Positions 19,317-27,258 of a stretch of DNA of 49,392 bases are shown here, piece by piece. Under the pieces are notes generated by a model. That model was not told the DNA's origin and made no database searches. It was given only the letters and a program-made list of their open reading frames with translations. Source of the stretch: a virus (Duplodnaviria > Caudoviricetes); IMG/VR virus record IMGVR_UViG_3300033512_000183, positions 1 to 49,392 of that record; one strand, 5' to 3'. Numbering within the stretch: the stretch's first letter is position 1; the number at the start of each line of letters is the position of its first letter. A program made the position numbers and the translations under genes.

Positions 19317-22300
19317 GTGAATATGAAAAAAATAGAAGAAGCTCTTTTTGATGCAGGACAACAAGCTGTATTTGAAGCTGATAAAGATAATATTATGAAT
19401 CTTTTTCACCTATATTGGTTCTCCTCATTAACATTTAAAAAGCACTGCTCACGTTCATCTCAAATTCTTAATTATCTTAAAAGTATAGCTAAGACACGAT
19501 TGACGGAGATAGATGATTCTAATGATCTTGCGGCTATAACTAAGTATGCAGCAAACTCAGGAGGGATTACTCCAGCAACCGTAGCCTTAATTACTAAATT
19601 CCTATTTCTATTGAAAACTAAATCCAAGGATATTATTATAGACGAAGCTTTAGTTAGACAGTGGTTTGTAGGTACACATATTGATCTTCCTTCCGATCCC
19701 CATTTAAAAAAAGCTAGAAAAGATTTTATTGCAGGGGCTACCTTAGTTGATATATTTGAAGATGTGCTAAAATACTTTAAGGCTAATAATAAAAATTTAA
19801 AAAATAATGATATAACTCCTTTACTGAAGTACTTTTCTTTCCGTATAGTACAATATAAGCTAAAGGGTACTATAAAATCTACGAGTAGTGTACCAGCTTC
19901 GCAAGCAGCTTCAGATAAAACGACTTCTGTAGGAGATGCTACCACAGATGCTATAGACGCAGCTGAAAAGAAAGAAGAGTTATCAAATAAATTGGACTTA
20001 GTAAAAATATTGACTCATGTTGAAGACCTAAACAAAAACGGTCCTCTTCGTGATGTTAATCAATTGCAAGATCGCAATCGTGTAGTAGCAGGATTACTAT
20101 GGCAACCAAATGGCAGAATATTTTCTATATTAGACAATAGTATAGCTAATAACCCAGCTCTTTTAGCTCCTTATGTTGAAGATGAATGGGATGAATTTAT
20201 AAAACTACCTTATGACAAAATGACATTACCGCACCCAGCTTACTTACGAAGTTATTTTGTATATATGCTTCAGTTTTTTATAAATAGAAAAGACATGATT
20301 AGATTATCAAGAGACTTTAAGATATTTAAACCTCTTTTGATAGAATCACTTTCTCATAAAAATGATATCTTTAACGCTGTTATTGCTCAAGCTGGATTTT
20401 TAATATCGGGTAATACTGAATTATCTAAATTCTTTTTGAAGTTAATATTTTCACAAAAAGCAGTTGTCACTTATACTTTAAATATAATAACTCCTATACC
20501 TAGAGATGTATCTTTTGATTTTTCTAATGTATCAAAAACTGACGATTTATTTAAGACTCTAGATAATAGTACAAATTTTTGTAGGGTAGTTAATGAAGTC
20601 GTAGATAGATTTTCTTATCTTGATTTCAAAGGTAGTTTAGTTGATCCTAAAAAAGCTATAGGTAGATATAATACGATATTAAACAAATCAATAGAAATAT
20701 ATGTTACATGTAAGTATTTTGAAGCTAAGAAAGCAGATAAAAAAGAATTAGTAAACACTTGTTATAGTAGATCGCAAGGGAATGATAAAAAACCTGTAGT
20801 AGATTACTTAAAAAATAAATATGCTTCTTTCTTTGATACAACAAATATGACTGATGATGAACTTTTAGAAATGGTTAGAGTAGAATCAAACAATCTTGCT
20901 AATGCGTTTGCTCTACTCAAGGCTATGAATAAAGAAGAATTGTTTTTGATGTATGTTAGTAAATACGATTCATTATCTGATTATATAATTTCAGTTTTAG
21001 AGATCAATACTTCGAGTTCTTCTTATATAAAAGAAGTTGATGAAAAATATCTATTAGATAGAAAAGATACCCTATTATTATTTCTTAGTAAACTGTTGCC
21101 TACAAATTTATTAGATAAGTATTTTAATTCATATTTAAATTATAAATCTACTGTACAACTTATATTCAAAATTCTACCACCTAAAGATAAAGAAACAGTT
21201 GCTAATTTAATATTTAAGAACAGAAAAGATGATGACTTCTATAAATACATTATTTTAGTTTTAGAATTTGGATATACCTATGAGCAAGCTATTGAAAAAT
21301 TTATAGCTAATTTGAAAGATGTACATAAAACGTTAAATAATGTCTCATCTTATAGTGATGATGCTTATGCAAAATATTATACACCTTTAGTTAATGCTTT
21401 ATTTATGTACATGTATAAAAAAGATTTTTTTACAATGTTACCTATTTCTTATACTATTAGTGGTGCATTTGAAAAGTATCTTGATAAAAGTTTACCCGAA
21501 TTAGTTTCTTTACGAGAACAATATTTACAAGTTATTTTGAGTGATGGTTCTATTCCAGATGCTTCTAAATTAGGTTGGCTAATATCAGAAAAACATCTTG
21601 AAGATATACTTGGATTATTCATACCAAAGTATAATTTACAAGATATTCATTTTAGATTAAATATAAGGAGCGCAGGTAACTTTTCAACAATTTTAAAATA
21701 TATAATAGACAACAAATTATATGACTATGCTTTTAAAGATAAAAATAATAAAAGTCGTATTTTTGATAATATTAATTCAAGTGAGGATTTGGATTTAATT
21801 CTTTTAAATAAAGACCTAATAGATAATAACTATAAGGGGATGATTTACCATGGGGAACATTGTGAAATATTATTTGCAGCTTTAAATGGATATATAAGAA
21901 CAGATAACGTAGAATATCTTTATGCATTCACTAAATTTTTAAAAGATGAAGTAAACATACGTAGCCTTATAGAGTATCTTACTACTTATAAATCTACTAT
22001 AAGTAACATTGTTGATAGCATTGAAGACATATTAACTTATGACCCTTCTTTTGATGATGTTCTTTTATATATTCAGCAAAACGATAAAAAGCTTTTTACT
22101 AAGATACTATATGGTGTTAAGAAGAATATATTAACCAGTGACATATATTCAGCAATTTTACTGTCTGATAAAAATCCATTACCTCTACTTGATACATTAA
22201 GTGTAAAGAAAAATATAAAAAACTTTTTATCTGTAAATGATAGTAGTATTCAATTAGATGAAAAGTCTTTAGCATCAGCTAAGAGATTTACTAAAGGTAC

Positions 22301-23024
22301 TAAATTTTTAGATTATGTATCTCATTTAAGAAGTTCAGCTGAAGATGTTATTGCAAAAGCTCAAGTTATAATACCGGAACCGAAGGTAGAAGAAGTAGTT
22401 AAAACAGAGCAAGAACTTAAAGAGACAGCCTTTGATATTAACTTGAAGTACAATACGCAAAAGCATGGTGATATGGCTATAAAGGTTCTTAGAGAGTGGA
22501 ATTATGTCACTACACCAGAGCAAGAAGCAGAAATACAATCTTTTATTGCGGCTCATCCTACTACTGAAATATTAGAACATTGTTTCCATAGTTGCGGTAC
22601 TCTTGCTGGTAATATGATATTACGCTATTGGTTTTCATTAAGCGGTAAAGTAGAGAAAGTAGCTAAAGGTTTAGGACCTGGAATTTATTTTGCACCTATT
22701 ATTGAAAAGAGTTTAGGTTACCTTGGCGACGATAGATATGATCGAACTAAAGGTACTAAAGGTTATGTTTTAGAATGCACTTTATATCTTGGAGATATAC
22801 CTGAAAATTATAATGATGCAATAGGTACTGGGTGGGTAAGTGCTGAATATGTAGTAAGAGATCCTATCAAACAAATTAGAATAAATAAAGTATATTATGC
22901 TGAACTTGTAGGTATTCGTGGTTTTATAGACGAACTTGAAGCAAAAGGTATGGACAAAAATATAGAAACAGGTATGAGTAGATCAATTACTAATAGGGAG
23001 AAAGGATCAAAATATGGAAAATGA
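19317..23024 (+). CDS. Large protein with C-terminal PARP-like (H-Y-E) ADP-ribosyltransferase domain; possible Alt-like virion protein
   Basis: CFHSCG...GLGPGIYFA...KSLGY...VLECTLYLG...AEYVV...Q reproduces the PARP catalytic motif order. Confidence 0.7.
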   Translation: MNMKKIEEALFDAGQQAVFEADKDNIMNLFHLYWFSSLTFKKHCSRSSQILNYLKSIAKTRLTEIDDSNDLAAITKYAANSGGITPATVALITKFLFLLKTKSKDIIIDEALVRQWFVGTHIDLPSDPHLKKARKDFIAGATLVDIFEDVLKYFKANNKNLKNNDITPLLKYFSFRIVQYKLKGTIKSTSSVPASQAASDKTTSVGDATTDAIDAAEKKEELSNKLDLVKILTHVEDLNKNGPLRDVNQLQDRNRVVAGLLWQPNGRIFSILDNSIANNPALLAPYVEDEWDEFIKLPYDKMTLPHPAYLRSYFVYMLQFFINRKDMIRLSRDFKIFKPLLIESLSHKNDIFNAVIAQAGFLISGNTELSKFFLKLIFSQKAVVTYTLNIITPIPRDVSFDFSNVSKTDDLFKTLDNSTNFCRVVNEVVDRFSYLDFKGSLVDPKKAIGRYNTILNKSIEIYVTCKYFEAKKADKKELVNTCYSRSQGNDKKPVVDYLKNKYASFFDTTNMTDDELLEMVRVESNNLANAFALLKAMNKEELFLMYVSKYDSLSDYIISVLEINTSSSSYIKEVDEKYLLDRKDTLLLFLSKLLPTNLLDKYFNSYLNYKSTVQLIFKILPPKDKETVANLIFKNRKDDDFYKYIILVLEFGYTYEQAIEKFIANLKDVHKTLNNVSSYSDDAYAKYYTPLVNALFMYMYKKDFFTMLPISYTISGAFEKYLDKSLPELVSLREQYLQVILSDGSIPDASKLGWLISEKHLEDILGLFIPKYNLQDIHFRLNIRSAGNFSTILKYIIDNKLYDYAFKDKNNKSRIFDNINSSEDLDLILLNKDLIDNNYKGMIYHGEHCEILFAALNGYIRTDNVEYLYAFTKFLKDEVNIRSLIEYLTTYKSTISNIVDSIEDILTYDPSFDDVLLYIQQNDKKLFTKILYGVKKNILTSDIYSAILLSDKNPLPLLDTLSVKKNIKNFLSVNDSSIQLDEKSLASAKRFTKGTKFLDYVSHLRSSAEDVIAKAQVIIPEPKVEEVVKTEQELKETAFDINLKYNTQKHGDMAIKVLREWNYVTTPEQEAEIQSFIAAHPTTEILEHCFHSCGTLAGNMILRYWFSLSGKVEKVAKGLGPGIYFAPIIEKSLGYLGDDRYDRTKGTKGYVLECTLYLGDIPENYNDAIGTGWVSAEYVVRDPIKQIRINKVYYAELVGIRGFIDELEAKGMDKNIETGMSRSITNREKGSKYGK

Positions 23025-23364
23025 TAAAGTAATTTATGATGTGATAACTTTTACGTTTCACGAAGAAGATCAAATACCTATGAGTGCTACTTCATTTGGA
23101 GATATACACTCATTTATTTATCTTATCAATGAATCAAAGATGCAAGACATGATTGCACTTAGTGATACACAAGAAGGTGTTTCTATTTATGTTAGAAACA
23201 CTATAGGATTAAATGATTTTATATTTATTATGGAAACTGAAGAATGGATTGCTAATGACCCTGCTGGGCAGTTTTCACAGTTTAAGACCATGGTATTGGA
23301 GAAGCTTATACCAAAAGTAGATGAATTACAAGATTTGTCAATTCCAGTTACTAATATAGAATAA
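23014..23364 (+). CDS. Hypothetical acidic protein
   Basis: RBS AAGGA; TACTAATAG at 22988. Confidence 0.6.
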   Translation: MENDKVIYDVITFTFHEEDQIPMSATSFGDIHSFIYLINESKMQDMIALSDTQEGVSIYVRNTIGLNDFIFIMETEEWIANDPAGQFSQFKTMVLEKLIPKVDELQDLSIPVTNIE

Positions 23365-23383
23365 CAGATTAAAGAGGAAAAGT

Positions 23384-23722
23384 ATGAAAAGTATGAAAAG
23401 GTATAATCCAGGTAAGTATATGAAAGAAAATAATGAAGAATTAGAATCAAAGAAGGCAATCAAGAATTTATCCAGTCATACTACTAAAATGGATGCAAGT
23501 AAATATGAAGAGGGAGTCAAGGGGAAATTGTTTGAATCGAAAGAAGGATTTTCTATACAATATGATGCCTTAGGGGGTGGCTTTGAAGCAGTAACATTAT
23601 TTATGCATGAGCAGAGATTTACGTCTGCTTTACTTAGAAAAGATGCAGATAAATTATATAAGAAATTATATCTTTTTTGCGTATCTGAAATCAACGAGGC
23701 AGAAAGAAATAAAAGAATATAG
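23384..23722 (+). CDS. Putative internal head protein (MKRYNPGKYMKE from the second ATG at 23393)
   Basis: TACTAATATA at 23349; RBS GAGG; shared motif. Confidence 0.55.
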   Translation: MKSMKRYNPGKYMKENNEELESKKAIKNLSSHTTKMDASKYEEGVKGKLFESKEGFSIQYDALGGGFEAVTLFMHEQRFTSALLRKDADKLYKKLYLFCVSEINEAERNKRI

Positions 23723-23748
23723 ATTAAAGTTTTAAGAGGAAAATTATA

Positions 23749-24069
23749 ATGGCACAAGAATACAAATTTTCATTTCCAGCAGCAGAACGAGATGCTAAAC
23801 GAAAGAGGTTAGCTGAATCTAAGAAGAGTTTAAAAGAAGGCAATTCATTTCCAGGCGCTAATGCATATATGGATAATATAGCACGAGCTTTTGTTGGTAT
23901 GTATGAAGATGCTTTAGAATATAATGATTCTGAAGAAGAAACTGCTGAGAAAGTTGCTAAAGACATTTGCGATGCACTCGACGACGCATATGGGGATGCT
24001 TTTGGTCATTCAAGTAATTATCATCGGCTTATGTCGATATTTAATAATACAATTAAAAAATACATATAA
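23749..24069 (+). CDS. Putative internal head protein (EYKF leader)
   Basis: MAQEYKFSFP...LAESKKSLKE leader parallels the next ORF. Confidence 0.5.
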   Translation: MAQEYKFSFPAAERDAKRKRLAESKKSLKEGNSFPGANAYMDNIARAFVGMYEDALEYNDSEEETAEKVAKDICDALDDAYGDAFGHSSNYHRLMSIFNNTIKKYI

Positions 24070-24081
24070 GAGGGTATATAA

Positions 24082-24408
24082 ATGAAAGATTACAAATTTG
24101 AATATCCGTATGAAGTAGCAGACAAGAAAAAGCTTGAAGAAAGCAAGAAGAAACCGATGAAAGAAATTTCTATGAATGCCGACGGTATGCCAATGGGACC
24201 ACAGCAAGATCTATCAGAACTCGTATACAACAAGCTTTCACGACTTGCTTTCAAAAAAGGTCTTAATACTACACAAGCACAATTACTTGCAAGTGACATT
24301 ATGGACTTGTTTTATGTGTTTGTAGATCAAGGTAAGTACAGCATAATGCAGAAGTCTAAGTTAGATAAAGCTGCAATGTTTATTAAAAAAGCATTTAGAA
24401 TGGTGTAA
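24082..24408 (+). CDS. Putative internal head protein (DYKF leader)
   Basis: MKDYKFEYP...LEESKKKPMKE leader. Confidence 0.5.
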   Translation: MKDYKFEYPYEVADKKKLEESKKKPMKEISMNADGMPMGPQQDLSELVYNKLSRLAFKKGLNTTQAQLLASDIMDLFYVFVDQGKYSIMQKSKLDKAAMFIKKAFRMV

Positions 24409-24412
24409 CAGT

Positions 24413-25099
24413 TTGGAACAAGCCCTACCTACATTCGGAATAATCTATAAAGCTACAAACGTACTTAATGGAAAGGTGTATATAGGGCAGACTATAAGGA
24501 CACTCCTTAAACGTCAAGCAGAGCATATACGTATTACTAAAAGAAACCCCGAACAGTATTTTCATAAAGCTATACATAAATATAATGCTGAAAATTTTGA
24601 GTGGGAAGTCGTGGACTATGCTTCATCTATAGAAGAGCTTAACGAAAAGGAAAAAGAATGGATTTGGTTAAACTATTCTAATAATTCTCAGTTTGGATAC
24701 AATTTAACTGAAGGCGGAGAGGGGAGTTCTGGTAGAGTCGTATCGAAAGAAACAAAACTCCTGATAGGATCTAAGAGTAAAAATAGATTCGTATCCGAAG
24801 AAGCAAGAGAAAAGCACAGGATCAGTAGTAAAGGGAGAAGGCACTCAGAAGAAACTAAAAAGGTAATGAGTGCTAAGGGCAAGTTGAGGTCACAATCTGA
24901 AGAAGCAAGATTAAAAAATAGTTTAGCTCATAAAGGTAAAAAAGTTTCAGAAGAATCCTGTATGCGCCAAAGTGAAATGCGTAGAGGTAAAAAGAAAATG
25001 ACTGATGGAATAACTATAAAGATGGTGCATAGGAATGATATTGTAGATTACCTGAATAAAGGATGGAATTTTTATAGTAAGCTTACTAATAAGCAATAG
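24413..25099 (+). CDS. Free-standing GIY-YIG homing endonuclease with NUMOD3 repeats
   Basis: GIIYKATN...VYIGQT, KEKEWIWLN, GYNLTEGG. Confidence 0.9.
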   Translation: MEQALPTFGIIYKATNVLNGKVYIGQTIRTLLKRQAEHIRITKRNPEQYFHKAIHKYNAENFEWEVVDYASSIEELNEKEKEWIWLNYSNNSQFGYNLTEGGEGSSGRVVSKETKLLIGSKSKNRFVSEEAREKHRISSKGRRHSEETKKVMSAKGKLRSQSEEARLKNSLAHKGKKVSEESCMRQSEMRRGKKKMTDGITIKMVHRNDIVDYLNKGWNFYSKLTNKQ

Positions 25100-25102
25100 A
25101 CG

Positions 25103-27013
25103 TTGAGGTATAGAATGAACACTAAAAGAAAATTGTTGTTAGAAGAAAAAGCAAAAAATATGAATAAGTCTTTATTTATAGAAGAGTTTGCATTTTCTAC
25201 TAAAAACACTGTATTAGAAGAAAGCCATAAGCTAACAGAAGATGCATCGGGTAAACAGTTTGAAGCTGTTGCAATACTACGAAATGTGCCTGTTTCCAAG
25301 TATGATGTTGAAAACGCCAACGGTAGGATTTACCCCAAATCATTATTTGAGAAGATATTGAAAGAAGGAACTGCTGAAGGTACTCTATGCTTATATGACC
25401 ACCCGGCTGAGGATGGAAGTATAAAAGATATAGCTGGTGTCTGGAATAATATGCAGATAAAAGAAGGAATTGTAACGTCTGACCTCTATCTTATAGAGGA
25501 TAAGATTGCAAAAATTCTTCGTGCAAATGGTTCAATCGGAACGTCCTCGGTGGGATTCGGCACATTGTCAGAGGCAGATGGTAAAATTGTGGACGCTGAA
25601 AGCTTTATACTTGAGCGTATGGCTGATCTCGTAATGAACCCCTCGCAAGGAACATTTGCTAAATACGAAAACACTGAAGAAACTCCAGCAAAAGCTGAAC
25701 CAGAAGAAAAACCTAAAAAAGAACCTGAGAAAGAAGAACCTAAGAAAGATGAAGAACCTGTTAAAGTTGAAGAATCAAAACAAGTTTTAAGCGAAAGCAT
25801 TACTAATATAAAGAATGTTAGTAAAGACAATATTATTAAAGAGGAAAATACTATGAATGATCTCGTTGAAATTTCTGCTCTGAGAAATTCAGCTCGTTTG
25901 CATATCAAAGAAGCTAAAGCAAACTCTGATATTTCTACTGCCCTTGTTGATCTTAAAGAATTTAAAGAAGCTATTGCTCCTGAACTTACAGAAGTACATG
26001 CTAAAGTTGATGCTACTATCAAAGAACTTTCTACTAAATTGGCTGAACAAGTTAAAGCTGAAGAACAGTCTCTTAAAGAAAAAGCAGAAAAGTATTCTGT
26101 TCTTTCTGCTAAGTACGAAAAAGTAACTAAGGCTTATGACCAACTTGTTGAAAAATACAAGAAAGCTGCTTCTATTTCTGAAAAGATTGATGGAAGTAAG
26201 GAGCTTAAAGAGTCTGTGAATATCTTTGAAGCTAATGAAAAAGCTATGAAAGCTGATATTGACGCTCTTTGTGAAGATCGTAAAGCTATGGAAGCTGATT
26301 TGAAAGATGCTGCTACTAAGCTCAAAGAAGCTAAAGTTGCTTCTAAACTCAAAAAACAGTTGAAATATGCTGAAAAGAAAATCTCTACTATGACTAAAGT
26401 TCTTACTGAAGAATTCGGTTATGAGTTTGGTGATGATGTAGAACCTACTACTGCAATGATTGATGACTATGGTCAGCCTTTTATTGATGAGAATGATGAA
26501 ATTGAATACGCTACTGATGACCTTGATTGGGATGATTCTGATGGTGGTTTCATGGAAGCTGAAGAAGAAGATGACGAGAAAGAAGATGAAAAAGCTCCTG
26601 TTGCTCCTGTTGCTGAAGAAGCTGGCGATGATAAAAAAGATGACGAAGATGAAGACGACTCTGAAGATGAAGATGACGAAGATGACGACGACGAAAAAGA
26701 AGCTGAAGACGAAAAAGAAGCTGAAGCTAAAAAAGAGTCTCTTAAACGTAAAATGCGTCGTCCTGCACTTAAAGAGTCTACTGGAAAGATTAAAACTACT
26801 CGTGAACTTGTAGAATACTACAATTCAGCAGTAAAACGTAATCCTTCAGTAAAAGACATTAAATCTCAAATCCTTACTTCAGGTTCATTGTTTGAAGCTG
26901 TTAAGAAAGTACAAAAGTATTCAGGTGTACGTAAAGACGAAATGGTTCGTGTACGTGAATCTGCTGGTAGCAAAACTGATAAAGTTGCAGAATATAAATT
27001 TTCACGCGACTAA
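25103..27013 (+). CDS. Prohead protease (T4 gp21-like) fused to scaffold protein
   Basis: NANGRIYP, DHP, GTSSVGFG and DLVMNPS protease motifs, then coiled coil and D/E-rich tract; true start may be ATG 25160. Confidence 0.85.
   Translation: MRYRMNTKRKLLLEEKAKNMNKSLFIEEFAFSTKNTVLEESHKLTEDASGKQFEAVAILRNVPVSKYDVENANGRIYPKSLFEKILKEGTAEGTLCLYDHPAEDGSIKDIAGVWNNMQIKEGIVTSDLYLIEDKIAKILRANGSIGTSSVGFGTLSEADGKIVDAESFILERMADLVMNPSQGTFAKYENTEETPAKAEPEEKPKKEPEKEEPKKDEEPVKVEESKQVLSESITNIKNVSKDNIIKEENTMNDLVEISALRNSARLHIKEAKANSDISTALVDLKEFKEAIAPELTEVHAKVDATIKELSTKLAEQVKAEEQSLKEKAEKYSVLSAKYEKVTKAYDQLVEKYKKAASISEKIDGSKELKESVNIFEANEKAMKADIDALCEDRKAMEADLKDAATKLKEAKVASKLKKQLKYAEKKISTMTKVLTEEFGYEFGDDVEPTTAMIDDYGQPFIDENDEIEYATDDLDWDDSDGGFMEAEEEDDEKEDEKAPVAPVAEEAGDDKKDDEDEDDSEDEDDEDDDDEKEAEDEKEAEAKKESLKRKMRRPALKESTGKIKTTRELVEYYNSAVKRNPSVKDIKSQILTSGSLFEAVKKVQKYSGVRKDEMVRVRESAGSKTDKVAEYKFSRD
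25853..27013 (+). CDS. Nested in-frame scaffold protein (386 aa)
   Basis: TACTAATATA at 25801, RBS GAGG at 25841, in-frame ATG 25853, highly biased codons downstream. Confidence 0.7.
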   Translation: MNDLVEISALRNSARLHIKEAKANSDISTALVDLKEFKEAIAPELTEVHAKVDATIKELSTKLAEQVKAEEQSLKEKAEKYSVLSAKYEKVTKAYDQLVEKYKKAASISEKIDGSKELKESVNIFEANEKAMKADIDALCEDRKAMEADLKDAATKLKEAKVASKLKKQLKYAEKKISTMTKVLTEEFGYEFGDDVEPTTAMIDDYGQPFIDENDEIEYATDDLDWDDSDGGFMEAEEEDDEKEDEKAPVAPVAEEAGDDKKDDEDEDDSEDEDDEDDDDEKEAEDEKEAEAKKESLKRKMRRPALKESTGKIKTTRELVEYYNSAVKRNPSVKDIKSQILTSGSLFEAVKKVQKYSGVRKDEMVRVRESAGSKTDKVAEYKFSRD

Positions 27014-27039
27014 GATATAGTATTTTACCATCTCCTTTT

Positions 27040-27072
27040 AAAGCCTCCTCAGAAATGGTGAGGTTTTCTTTT
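27040..27072 (+). terminator. Intrinsic terminator
   Basis: AAAGCCTC...GAGGTTTT stem around a GAAA-containing loop, with T-tail. Confidence 0.7.
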
Positions 27073-27079
27073 ACTTGAT

Positions 27080-27133
27080 TACTAATATAATAACAAGTAA
27101 AAGTTAGTTTTTATAACAGCTTATACTAATATA
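27080..27133 (+). promoter_or_regulatory. Tandem TACTAATATA putative late promoters of the capsid gene
   Basis: Exact copies at 27080 and 27124; 11 exact copies seen window-wide upstream of gene starts. Confidence 0.7.
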
Positions 27134-27258
27134 ATACAATTAAGAAACGGTACGGAAGTACAACAAATTAAGTAATGAATGTCGAATTAAATCAAGTCTG
27201 AAGAAATCAGAACCCTGGTACTATAAAAATTTTACTTAACCTAGAGGGTTTATTACAA

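Noticed and set aside
26570-26730. GAAGATGAC-type tandem repeats as a possible CRISPR or DNA repeat array
   Set aside because: Low-complexity coding for the D/E tract; no constant repeat with unique spacers. No CRISPR array or tRNA was seen anywhere in the window.
26460-26813. M/K/T-rich 117-aa alternative-frame ORF
   Set aside because: Frame-shifted reading of the GAT/GAA-rich acidic scaffold tract.
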